From contig NZ_LN831039.1 in assembly GCF_001457595.1 (NCBI RefSeq), positions 3,810,001 through 3,842,000 on the forward strand: a stretch of DNA of 32,000 nucleotides. Reading direction: 5' to 3'. The notes under the pieces were generated by a model. It saw nothing but the letters and a program-made list of their open reading frames with translations, was not told the origin of the DNA and did no database searches. This document shows, in pieces, positions 17,435 through 25,541 of this stretch. Source of the DNA: Mycolicibacterium smegmatis (lineage in GTDB: Bacteria > Actinomycetota > Actinomycetes > Mycobacteriales > Mycobacteriaceae). A program made the translations under genes and the position numbers. How positions within the stretch are numbered: position 1 is the first letter of the stretch; each line of letters starts with the position of its first letter.

Positions 17435-19744
17435 ATGGCAACAATCGAAGCCAACGCACACAACCTGTCGTCATCGGCAAAGGACTTCGACAGTGAGGTG
17501 GCTGCCACGCAGGCCTACTTCGACAGTCCACGGTTCGAGGGCATCACCCGGCTGTACTCGGCCCGTCAGGTCGTCGAGCAACGCGGCACGATCGCCACCG
17601 ACCACACCGTGGCCCGTGAGGCCGCGGAGGCGTTCCACCCCTACCTGCGCGAGTTGTTCGCCCAGAAGAAGAGCATCACGACGTTCGGCCCGTACTCCCC
17701 GGGACAGGCCGTGGTGATGAAACGCATGGGTATCGGCGGCATCTACCTCGGTGGGTGGGCGACCTCGGCGAAGGGCTCGATCAGTGAGGATCCGGGTCCG
17801 GACCTCGCGAGCTACCCGCTGAGTCAGGTTCCCGACGAGGCCGCAGGCCTGGTGCGGGCGCTGCTCACCGCCGACCGCAACCAGCACTACCTGCGCCTGC
17901 AGATGACGCCCGAACAGCGCGAGGCCCAGCCGCCCGTCGACTACCGGCCCTTCATCATCGCCGACGCCGACACCGGCCACGGCGGAGATCCGCACGTACG
18001 CAACCTGATCCGTCGCTTCGTTGAATCCGGAGTGCCCGGCTACCACATCGAGGACCAGCGGCCCGGCACCAAGAAGTGCGGCCATCAGGGCGGCAAGGTG
18101 CTCGTGCCGTCGGACGAGCAGATCAAACGGCTCAACACCGCACGCTTCCAGCTCGACATCATGCGGGTGCCGGGAATCATCGTGGCGCGCACCGACGCCG
18201 AGGCCGCGAACCTGATCGACAGCCGCGCCGACGAGCGGGATCAGCCGTTCCTGCTCGGCGTCACCAACCTCAAGATCCCGTCGTACAAGTCGTGTTTCCT
18301 GGCGATGATGCGGCGGTTCTACGACCAGGGCCTGACCGAGATCAACGGTCACCTGCTCTACGACCTGCCCGAAGGCCAGTACGAAGCTGCCGAGGCGTGG
18401 CTGACCGGCGCGGGCATCATGGACGAGATCGCCGCGGCGGTCGAGTCGTGGACGTCCGGCGCCGCATCCTCGGTCGACGCCCTGTACGACGCGGTCGAGT
18501 CGAAGTTCGTCGACGCCTGGCAGGACGACGCGGGCCTCAACACCTACGGCGAGGCGGTCGCCGAGGTCATCGAGTTCCGTGAACGTGAGGGTGAATCCGT
18601 CGCGATGAGCGCCGCCGAGTGGCGCGAGTTCGCCACCAGAGCGCCGTTGTACACGGCCACCAACAAGGCGAGAGAACTCGGCGTCGACGTCGCGTGGGAC
18701 TGCGAACCGGCCAAGACCCCGGAAGGCTACTACCAGGTGCGCGGCGGAATTCCGTACGCCATCGCCAAATCGCTGGCCGCCGCGCCGTTCGCGGACATCC
18801 TGTGGATGGAGACCAAGACCGCCGATCTGGCCGACGCCAAGCAGTTCGCCGACGCGATCCACGCCGTGTACCCCGATCAGATGCTGGCCTACAACCTGTC
18901 GCCGTCGTTCAACTGGGACACCACGGGCATGACCGACGACGAGATGCGGGCGTTCCCCGAGGAACTCGGCAAGATGGGGTTCGTCTTCAACTTCATCACC
19001 TACGGCGGTCACCAGGTGGACGGCGTGGCGTGCGAGGAGTTCGCGACCTCACTGCGCCAGGAGGGCATGCTGGCGCTGGCCCGGCTGCAGCGCAAGATGC
19101 GCCTGGTCGAATCCCCCTATCGCACACCGCAAACGCTCGTCGGCGGGCCACGCAGCGACGCGGCCCTGGCGGCGTCCTCCGGACGGACAGCGACCACCAA
19201 GGCCATGGGCAAGGGCTCCACGCAGCACCAGCACCTGGTGCAAACCGAGGTGCCCAAGAAGCTGCTCGAGGAATGGCTCGCGATGTGGAGCGAGCACTAC
19301 GGGTTGCCCGAAAAACTCCACGTGCAACTGCGCCCGCGGCGCGCGGGTTCCGACGTGCTGGACCTGCAGATCCTGGGCGAGGGCGGCGACGGCACAGACC
19401 CGCTGGCCAACGTGGTCGTCGACCCCATCAAGGATCGCCACGGCCGCAGCATCCTCACGGTGCGTGACCAGAACACGTTCGCTGAGCAGATGCGCAAGAA
19501 ACGCCTGATGGACCTGATCCACCTGTGGCTGATCCACCGTTTCAAGGCCGAGATCGTGTATTACGTGACGCCCACCGAGGACAACATCTACCAGACCGAG
19601 AAGATGAAAGCGCACGGCATCTTCAGCGATGTCTACCAGGAGGTCGGCGAGATCATCGTGGCCGACGTCAACAAGCCCCGTATCGAGGAACTGCTGGCCT
19701 CCGACCGTGAGGCACTGGGTCGGCTGATCCGCAAGGAGGACTGA
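17435..19744 (+). CDS. aceA: isocitrate lyase, long form (Icl2/AceA type, 769 aa)
   Basis: ICL signature KKCGHQGGK (18071-18097), [11 protein letters not shown], and the extra C-terminal domain typical of mycobacterial long ICL. ATG is preceded by AGGAG. Confidence 0.9.
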   Translation: MATIEANAHNLSSSAKDFDSEVAATQAYFDSPRFEGITRLYSARQVVEQRGTIATDHTVAREAAEAFHPYLRELFAQKKSITTFGPYSPGQAVVMKRMGIGGIYLGGWATSAKGSISEDPGPDLASYPLSQVPDEAAGLVRALLTADRNQHYLRLQMTPEQREAQPPVDYRPFIIADADTGHGGDPHVRNLIRRFVESGVPGYHIEDQRPGTKKCGHQGGKVLVPSDEQIKRLNTARFQLDIMRVPGIIVARTDAEAANLIDSRADERDQPFLLGVTNLKIPSYKSCFLAMMRRFYDQGLTEINGHLLYDLPEGQYEAAEAWLTGAGIMDEIAAAVESWTSGAASSVDALYDAVESKFVDAWQDDAGLNTYGEAVAEVIEFREREGESVAMSAAEWREFATRAPLYTATNKARELGVDVAWDCEPAKTPEGYYQVRGGIPYAIAKSLAAAPFADILWMETKTADLADAKQFADAIHAVYPDQMLAYNLSPSFNWDTTGMTDDEMRAFPEELGKMGFVFNFITYGGHQVDGVACEEFATSLRQEGMLALARLQRKMRLVESPYRTPQTLVGGPRSDAALAASSGRTATTKAMGKGSTQHQHLVQTEVPKKLLEEWLAMWSEHYGLPEKLHVQLRPRRAGSDVLDLQILGEGGDGTDPLANVVVDPIKDRHGRSILTVRDQNTFAEQMRKKRLMDLIHLWLIHRFKAEIVYYVTPTEDNIYQTEKMKAHGIFSDVYQEVGEIIVADVNKPRIEELLASDREALGRLIRKED

Positions 19745-19752
19745 AAAGCGGC

Positions 19753-20364
19753 ATGCCGCTGCAGAACCGTGTCGCCCCGACCGGCGCCGTCATCGCCGCG
19801 GCGGGGCGCGGCACCTTCATGGGCAACCGCGGCATCCTGCACGACGACACCGGGCGCATCGTGCGCGCGTCACGAAACCGGGCGTGGCTGATCTGCCGTC
19901 TCGATTTCAAGGGCCGCAGACGTGAGTTGATGCGCCCGGGCACATACACCGAGTTGTTCTTCCTCGACGAAGCGGTGGCACTCGCCGCCGGGCACCGGCC
20001 CTGCGGCGAATGCCGACGCGAGTTCTACCGTGCGTACATCGATGCGGTCAGTGCGCAGAACCCCGAGCCGATCCGGGGCGCACAGGAACTGGACAGGAAA
20101 GTCAACGCATCCCGTCAGCTTCCGCGCACCACATCGCACCTCGACGCACTGCCCGACGGTACGTTTCTCCTCATGGGCGACAACGACTTTCGGCTCCTCT
20201 GGCAGGGCGGGTTGCACCGCTGGTCGCCGCAGGGTTACACCGGCGTGATTCCTGCCGCGTACGGCCCGGAATTCGCAGCGGTGCTCACGCCGGAATTGTC
20301 AATTCACGCGCTGCGCAAGGGATATCCTGTTCAGGTCCACCCCACCGCGCGCCAAAGACCTTGA
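19753..20364 (+). CDS. conserved hypothetical protein (203 aa)
   Basis: Starts 8 nt after the aceA stop. AGGAGGA (19734-19740) lies inside the last aceA codons. Has good codon bias and the motif AAGHRPCGECRREFY. No function assignable. Confidence 0.7.
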   Translation: MPLQNRVAPTGAVIAAAGRGTFMGNRGILHDDTGRIVRASRNRAWLICRLDFKGRRRELMRPGTYTELFFLDEAVALAAGHRPCGECRREFYRAYIDAVSAQNPEPIRGAQELDRKVNASRQLPRTTSHLDALPDGTFLLMGDNDFRLLWQGGLHRWSPQGYTGVIPAAYGPEFAAVLTPELSIHALRKGYPVQVHPTARQRP

Positions 20365-20424
20365 GCACCCGTCACACTTCGGTAATCACTTTCGGGCAGT
20401 CGTCGGCCGCCGACCTGTGGCTTA

Positions 20425-21513
20425 ATGAATGCCGTGCCCGATAATCCCAAGCCGGTCCTGAACCGGCGCAGAGTCCTGCTGGGAGCGGCGGCGATCGGCG
20501 GCTTCTTGGCCGTGGACCTCGGAGCGTTGCTGTTCGCCACCAACACCCTTGGGACGCAACGACTCACCCCGAGAGCAATTCTCGAGGCGCTCGCCCCACC
20601 CGGCGGCCGACCCCGCGGCTACCGCGCCAACCATGCCAAAGGCGTCGCGGTATCCGGCTATTTCGACAGCAATGGCAACGGCCAGGAGATCTCCCGCGCC
20701 GCCGGGTTGGCGCCCGGGCGAACACCGGTCATCGGCCGGTTCTCGTTCGGTGGCAGCGACCCGCATGTGGCCGACGATCCGTCGCTGGCCCGTGGCCTGG
20801 GCCTGGCGTTCGGCTTTCCCTCCGGTCAGCAGTGGCGGACGGCCATGCTGAGTCTGCCGGTTTTCCCCGACAAGACACCAGAGGGTTTCTACGAACGCAC
20901 ACTGGCCGGAAAACCCTTGCCCTCCACGGGTAAACCGGATCCCGATGCGATGCCGAAGTACCTTGCCGCACATCCGGAGACCAAAGCCGCGTTGGACATC
21001 ATCAAAGCCACGAAACCGAGTCCCGGCTTCGCCGACAGCACCTTCCGCAGCCTGATGGCGTTCTACTTCGTCGACGACAAGGGAGTGCGCACCCCGGTGC
21101 GCTGGTCGTTGGAGCCCATGCAGGCAGCGCTGCCCGCAGGCACCGGGGACGACCGCCTGTTCGACGCACTGGTCCGGCAGATACGCAGCGGTCCCGTGCG
21201 GTGGAGGCTGCTGCTCACCGTCGGTGAGCAGCAGGACCCGGTCACCGACGCCACCGTGCCCTGGCCCGCCGATCGGCGCGTCATCGACGCAGGGACGCTG
21301 ACCCTGGACACTGTCGAGACCGACGGTCCGGGCAACGGACGCGACGTCAACTTCGATCCGCTGGTGCTGCCCGACGGTATCGAGCCGTCCGAGGACCCGA
21401 TGCTCAGTGCGCGGTCGGCGGCCTACGCCGCGTCCTACCGGCTGCGCACGAGTGAGACTCCGTCGATCCCGCCCGAGGTACAGGTCGACAAGGTCGAGGA
21501 GGTGGCGCAGTGA
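20425..21513 (+). CDS. catalase-related heme protein with Tat-type signal
   Basis: N-terminal NRRRVLLGAAAIGGFLAV (twin-arginine signal) and a catalase-core-like motif YRANHAKGVAVSGYF. About 360 aa, much shorter than a canonical catalase. GTGA overlap with the downstream cytochrome b. Confidence 0.7.
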   Translation: MNAVPDNPKPVLNRRRVLLGAAAIGGFLAVDLGALLFATNTLGTQRLTPRAILEALAPPGGRPRGYRANHAKGVAVSGYFDSNGNGQEISRAAGLAPGRTPVIGRFSFGGSDPHVADDPSLARGLGLAFGFPSGQQWRTAMLSLPVFPDKTPEGFYERTLAGKPLPSTGKPDPDAMPKYLAAHPETKAALDIIKATKPSPGFADSTFRSLMAFYFVDDKGVRTPVRWSLEPMQAALPAGTGDDRLFDALVRQIRSGPVRWRLLLTVGEQQDPVTDATVPWPADRRVIDAGTLTLDTVETDGPGNGRDVNFDPLVLPDGIEPSEDPMLSARSAAYAASYRLRTSETPSIPPEVQVDKVEEVAQ

Positions 21514-22088
21514 CGGCCACCGGCACCGACGAGACCATCGCACCGACCACCACACAGGCACGGCACGCGGTATCGACCAGGGTGTTCCACTGGCTCACCG
21601 CGATTCTCGTTTTCGCCGCGCTGTTCATCGGCTTCGTGATGGTGAATTCGGTGGCCAGTTATGCCCAGCTGCTGGTCATCCACAAGGCACTGGGTGTCAC
21701 GATCCTGGTGGTCGTGGTGATCCGCATCGGCAACCGGCTCTTTCACCGCGGCCCGCCGCTTCCGTCGACCGTCGGCGCACTCGAGCGCAAAGCCGTTGTG
21801 CTGTCCGAGGTTTCGATGTACGCCCTGCTGGTCGCCCAGCCGCTGATCGGGTGGGCGATGCTGTCGGCCGCGGGAAATCACGTCGCGGTGTTCAACCTCG
21901 TGCGGCTTCCCCGTATCGCACCGTTCAGCGCCGATCTCTACGGCGTGCTGCGCCAGGCGCACACGGTGGCGGCGTTCCTGTTGGTCGCGGCGATCGCAGC
22001 ACACGTCTGCGCGGTGCTGCTGCACAGCGTCACGCTGCGTGACGGGATGCTGCGCCGAATGACCTTCGGGTCATCCACGCGCGGCTGA
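21510..22088 (+). CDS. cytochrome b561-family membrane protein
   Basis: Four hydrophobic helices with conserved His residues (VFHWLTAILVFAALFIGF; VIHKALG; AHTVAAFLLVAAIAAH). The size and layout match bacterial cytochrome b561. Confidence 0.8.
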   Translation: MTATGTDETIAPTTTQARHAVSTRVFHWLTAILVFAALFIGFVMVNSVASYAQLLVIHKALGVTILVVVVIRIGNRLFHRGPPLPSTVGALERKAVVLSEVSMYALLVAQPLIGWAMLSAAGNHVAVFNLVRLPRIAPFSADLYGVLRQAHTVAAFLLVAAIAAHVCAVLLHSVTLRDGMLRRMTFGSSTRG

Positions 22089-23399
22089 GCCGGTCCCGGC
22101 CGGACCTGTCCGGCCCGCGCACAGCCTGGCCGCGGCCGTCGACGCCACGAAACCGGCGAGTGCCGACCATCCCACGACGCCGTCGAGACCGTTCTTGGCC
22201 ATGAGCGTCAGCACCGCGCCGGCCACGCAGATCAGCGCGCCGGCGACGATCGACCGGGCGCCGGTCGCCTGCACCTGGTCATCCCACCAGGGCAGCGGCC
22301 GGTGCTCGATCGGCGACAACAAACGAAACGCGATGGCCATCAGCACGGCGAACACCACGGCGCGCAGGGCCAGTAGCCCCCAGAATTCCGGGGCGTGCGG
22401 GTCGAACGCGTCGAGACCGAGCGCGTGCAGACCCAACGCCGCCGCGGCGATCACGGGGATGTGCCACAGGTACAACGTCATCGCTCCCCCGTTGCCGACG
22501 GCGACCACGTGCCACACGCGGGGCCGGTGCGCCCAGCGGCCGACGGCGCGGGCGCATGCGACGAACAGGCACGACACCCACGTGCAGTGCAGGGCGAGCA
22601 GCATCGTGGGCGGAGACACGTTGGACACGCGCTCGGCGCCGGTCACCACGAGTGACACGTCGTACGGCCCGACCAGCGCGAGCATGATCTGCCCGGCGAG
22701 GGTGCACACCGCGACGGCCAAGGCGATGCGCGGGCGGATGAGCCTGCGCGCGTAGGCCACGCCGATCACCACGGGAATGAGCCACACGACCACCAGGTTG
22801 GCGGTGCCCGCCGCAGGGGTGCCCACGGCGAAGCGCAGGCCGTCGAATACGGCGGCGAGCGCCACAAGAGCGGTCACCAACGCGCCCACCGCACGCCCCG
22901 AGGACATACGGGTGAGTGCCGGCACGAACGCCAACACCACGAGGTACACGCCCAGGAACCACAGCAGCGCCACACACTCGCGTCCCAGCGCCGCGGTCGA
23001 ATCGGCCCCCAGCGTGAGGTGCACGGCGACCAGGGCGACCACCCACGCCGCGAGATAGGCGAACACCGGCCGGCACAGGCGCTGGGCACGGGTGAACAGC
23101 CACGTCCCCCACGGTGTTCCCGCATGCCGGCTGTAGGTCCCTGCCGCTCCGCCCGCGAGGAAGAACAGCGGCATCACCTGCAGGATCCACGTGATGGGCG
23201 CCAGTGCGGGCAGCGCGCCGAGGATGTTGCCGACGCGCACGCCGGTGGAGTCGATCGTCGCGAGCAGCAGGGCACAGTGCCCGAACATCACCGCGACCAG
23301 CGCCGCGAGGCGCGCGACGTCGACCGCACGGTCGCGGTCGGGCCGCGTGGCACGGTCGACGTCTGATGCCCGGGTCGGCACGGCTTCAGGTGTCGGCAT
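22071..23399 (-). CDS. acyltransferase family 3 integral membrane protein
   Basis: ORF 22071..23456 begins with TTG and there is an internal ATG at 23399, so the start is uncertain. N-terminal AT3-like motif RDRAVDVARLAALVAVMFGHC followed by about 10 TM segments. The 3' end overlaps the cytochrome b561 gene convergently by 18 nt. Confidence 0.75.
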   Translation of the reverse strand: MPTPEAVPTRASDVDRATRPDRDRAVDVARLAALVAVMFGHCALLLATIDSTGVRVGNILGALPALAPITWILQVMPLFFLAGGAAGTYSRHAGTPWGTWLFTRAQRLCRPVFAYLAAWVVALVAVHLTLGADSTAALGRECVALLWFLGVYLVVLAFVPALTRMSSGRAVGALVTALVALAAVFDGLRFAVGTPAAGTANLVVVWLIPVVIGVAYARRLIRPRIALAVAVCTLAGQIMLALVGPYDVSLVVTGAERVSNVSPPTMLLALHCTWVSCLFVACARAVGRWAHRPRVWHVVAVGNGGAMTLYLWHIPVIAAAALGLHALGLDAFDPHAPEFWGLLALRAVVFAVLMAIAFRLLSPIEHRPLPWWDDQVQATGARSIVAGALICVAGAVLTLMAKNGLDGVVGWSALAGFVASTAAARLCAGRTGPAGTGSAARG

Positions 23400-23474
23400 G
23401 CGTTTCAGTGTGCCCGCAGCGGGGCCCCGGGATATGCGTAGTACTACTCGATCCAAGCTTCGATTCGGCGGGTC

Positions 23475-23594
23475 TCACACGAACCCGATCTGACACACAT
23501 CGGTGAGCGGGGACGTGACGAGCTCCTCGTCGCTGAGGAACTCGCGCCGCGACAGCGTGTACCCCGTTGGCGCACTTGGTATTACAACGGTCAC
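23475..23594 (-). CDS. candidate 39-aa small ORF/uORF upstream of the acyltransferase (below the ORF-track size cutoff)
   Basis: GTG 23594 is preceded by a perfect AGGAGG (complement of 23601-23606) with a 6-nt spacer. It translates to MTVVIPSAPTGYTLSRREFLSDEELVTSPLTDVCQIGFV and stops at TGA (23475-23477). No alternative in-frame start lies upstream before a stop. Confidence 0.35.
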   Translation of the reverse strand: MTVVIPSAPTGYTLSRREFLSDEELVTSPLTDVCQIGFV

Positions 23595-23829
23595 CGCGAA
23601 CCTCCTGTGCCGATGATCGAGACTCGTACGTACTCAGCATTCGCACCGGGCGCACCGCAGGTCACGGGTAGCGCACTTCTTCATATCCCGCCTCGCCCGC
23701 TTCTGGTTCACTGTGCGGACTCGAATGCGCTGCACCGCACCGGATTTCGGTGGCATCGACGCGTGAAGCAACAATCACGTCGGCGGTAACAGGCCCGACA
23801 TCCCCCGGCGATCAGGTAGGCTGGACCCA

Positions 23830-23894
23830 TTCCACCGATCCACCACCGGGTCGGTGACACCCTCGGGAATTCCACCGCATCCCTGCTTCCACCG
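23830..23894. repeat. three direct copies of the octamer TTCCACCG upstream of the 148-aa hypothetical gene (candidate regulator binding sites)
   Basis: Exact copies at 23830-23837, 23870-23877 and 23887-23894. The first two extend to ATTCCACCG..ATCC. Confidence 0.4.
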
Positions 23895-23956
23895 GTTGCC
23901 TGCGCGTTCTCGTCTACCCATGCCGCGTTGCCGGCAGCGTTTGGAGGCGCCACCAC

Positions 23957-24403
23957 ATGCACCATCGTCGATACCGGCCGACGAGCAGGCCCACGCCCCT
24001 GGCGTGGTTCTACCGACTCGACCGTCGGATGCAGGCGGACCTGCTCGCCAATCCGCACGGGTATCTTCCCGATGGCGTGGCGGCCGAGATCGCCTCCCAC
24101 ACGGTGCGTAGCTATCGGGACGAGAAACCGCAGGAGTCTCGTCTGTGGCAGCTGCGCTCGGCGGAAGCCAATCTGCTCGAAGACGAGCGTCTGCGCCTCG
24201 ACAGGTGGTGGCGTGAGCTGCCGGATGAGGCCAGGGCCGCCCTCGTCACCTGCAGGGACGGCTCGGTGCCGCGCGCATGGCGCGCCACCGTGCTCGACCT
24301 GCATCCGGACGGGCTGGGGCCGGGAACAGACCTGGAAGCCGAGTTCAGGATGTCGGGCATCGCGGCCGCCTACATAGAGATGGTCGCGACATGCTGCCTT
24401 TGA
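23957..24403 (+). CDS. hypothetical protein (148 aa)
   Basis: ATG 23957 is preceded by GGAGG (23941-23945, 11-nt spacer). Moderate third-position G/C. Charged, Trp/Arg-rich sequence with no assignable motif. Confidence 0.55.
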   Translation: MHHRRYRPTSRPTPLAWFYRLDRRMQADLLANPHGYLPDGVAAEIASHTVRSYRDEKPQESRLWQLRSAEANLLEDERLRLDRWWRELPDEARAALVTCRDGSVPRAWRATVLDLHPDGLGPGTDLEAEFRMSGIAAAYIEMVATCCL

Positions 24404-24439
24404 GGCAGCCCTGACACGGCCTGGAGACAACCCTGCGAA

Positions 24440-24455
24440 GTTCGCCATGGCGAAC
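24440..24455. promoter_or_regulatory. perfect 16-bp palindrome GTTCGCCATGGCGAAC between the hypothetical gene and the LAS-like gene
   Basis: Read directly. CGAAGTTC also recurs at 24437-24444 and 24476-24483. Confidence 0.35.
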
Positions 24456-24495
24456 ACGCGCGAAGAGCACCCTCTCGAAGTTCCGCCGCAGTAGA

Positions 24496-25155
24496 TTGCT
24501 GGCCGTGGGTGGTATCCGGTTGGCAAATGGTCGTGGACGATGGCTGGCGTTCGGCGTTTCGATCAGCGTCGCCGCCGCGATGTTCTATGCGCAGGGCACC
24601 GATACGTCGTGCTGCGGGCCGACGGCGGCGGCCTCCCAACCGGATCAACCGGCGGCGGCGTCCGCGCCTGCGCCCGCCCACGCCGAGTTGCTGGCTGCCG
24701 CCGCACCCGCGGCCGCTCGCGATTTCCAGTTCGCGCTGCCGCCGGGCGCCGCACCCGAGTCCGGTCTGCAGGTCAACACGATCTGGACGGCACGGGCCAT
24801 CAGCGTGATGTTCCCCGAGATCAAGACCATCGGCGGATACCGTCAGGATCCGCTGAAGTGGCATCCCAACGGTTTGGCGATCGATGTGATGATCCCGGAT
24901 CACCAGTCCGAGAAGGGCATCGAGTTGGGCAACCAGATCGCCGGTTTCGCGTTGGCCAACGCGAAACGCTGGGGCGTGCTGCACGTGATCTGGCGGCAGG
25001 GTCTCTATCCGGGCATCGGCGCGCCGAGCTGGACGGCCGATTACGGCAACGAGACCGCCAATCATTTCGATCACGTCCACATCGCCACAAATGGCGGCGG
25101 TTACCCTACCGGCAAAGAAATGTATTTTCTGAATTCAAAGACTTTGGCGAACTGA
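24496..25155 (+). CDS. membrane-anchored/secreted protein with a LAS (peptidase M15-like) zinc-peptidase motif set
   Basis: N-terminal hydrophobic segment WLAFGVSISVAAAMFYA, then an Ala/Pro linker. The C-terminal domain has WHPNGLAID (HxxGxAxD, 24862-24885) and HFDHVH (25063-25080). Start uncertain (TTG 24496, GTG 24505 or TTG 24520). Confidence 0.65.
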   Translation: MLAVGGIRLANGRGRWLAFGVSISVAAAMFYAQGTDTSCCGPTAAASQPDQPAAASAPAPAHAELLAAAAPAAARDFQFALPPGAAPESGLQVNTIWTARAISVMFPEIKTIGGYRQDPLKWHPNGLAIDVMIPDHQSEKGIELGNQIAGFALANAKRWGVLHVIWRQGLYPGIGAPSWTADYGNETANHFDHVHIATNGGGYPTGKEMYFLNSKTLAN

Positions 25156-25541
25156 TCGCACCGTTTTCGATTCGTCGCGACCATCAAGATCTCTTGGAGT
25201 CAATCCAGACTGGACAATTCATGCGCTTTTCAAGATCGGACAGACGGCGCATCCAATCCGTCTCACCAGTTGGTTCACGGTTCGACAACCAGTATCACCT
25301 GCGCTGGACCGCACCCGGAAAGCGACAACAGGCAGACAAAGGTTCGTGACATTTCAATGAGCGCATGAACTCGAACTTCACGGATCTCCGATGAGCGTGA
25401 AGTTTGCCCGCTACTCTGAATTCCATTGAGTCTCGCCGATGAAATAGCCAGCGGCGACTCTATTTCGGTGCGTCCAAGGGGGGACGGCTGATCGGAGGTT
25501 CGAGGTACCGGACGCGATGACCACAATCCTGGGGTGAGTTC
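25156..25541 (+). promoter_or_regulatory. low-GC, structured intergenic leader upstream of the NRPS
   Basis: My hand count of 25161-25280 gives about 52% G+C. Hairpin AACTTCACG(25374-25382)-13 nt-CGTGAAGTT(25396-25404). Imperfect hairpin GAGTCTCGCCG(25428-25438)...CGGCGACTC(25452-25460). Confidence 0.3.

Noticed and set aside
14869-19012. Long minus-strand ORFs antisense to the SDR, MFS and isocitrate lyase genes (14869..15984, 14963..16000, 15975..17306, 17471..19012)
   Set aside because: High-GC antisense artefacts. The plus-strand frames carry SDR (TGxxxGxG, YxxxK), MFS and ICL (KKCGHQGGK) signatures.
19748-19759. 12-bp palindrome GCGGCATGCCGC spanning the start codon of the gene after aceA
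   Set aside because: It is short, has no loop, and is GC-rich in a GC-rich genome, so it could easily arise by chance. No supporting context.
23475-23594. Small ORF as a mycofactocin-like (MftA) or other RiPP precursor
   Set aside because: The C-terminus (..DVCQIGFV) only loosely recalls MftA (..CGVY). No radical-SAM, RRE or other RiPP maturase gene is adjacent, so I kept it only as a generic small ORF/uORF candidate.
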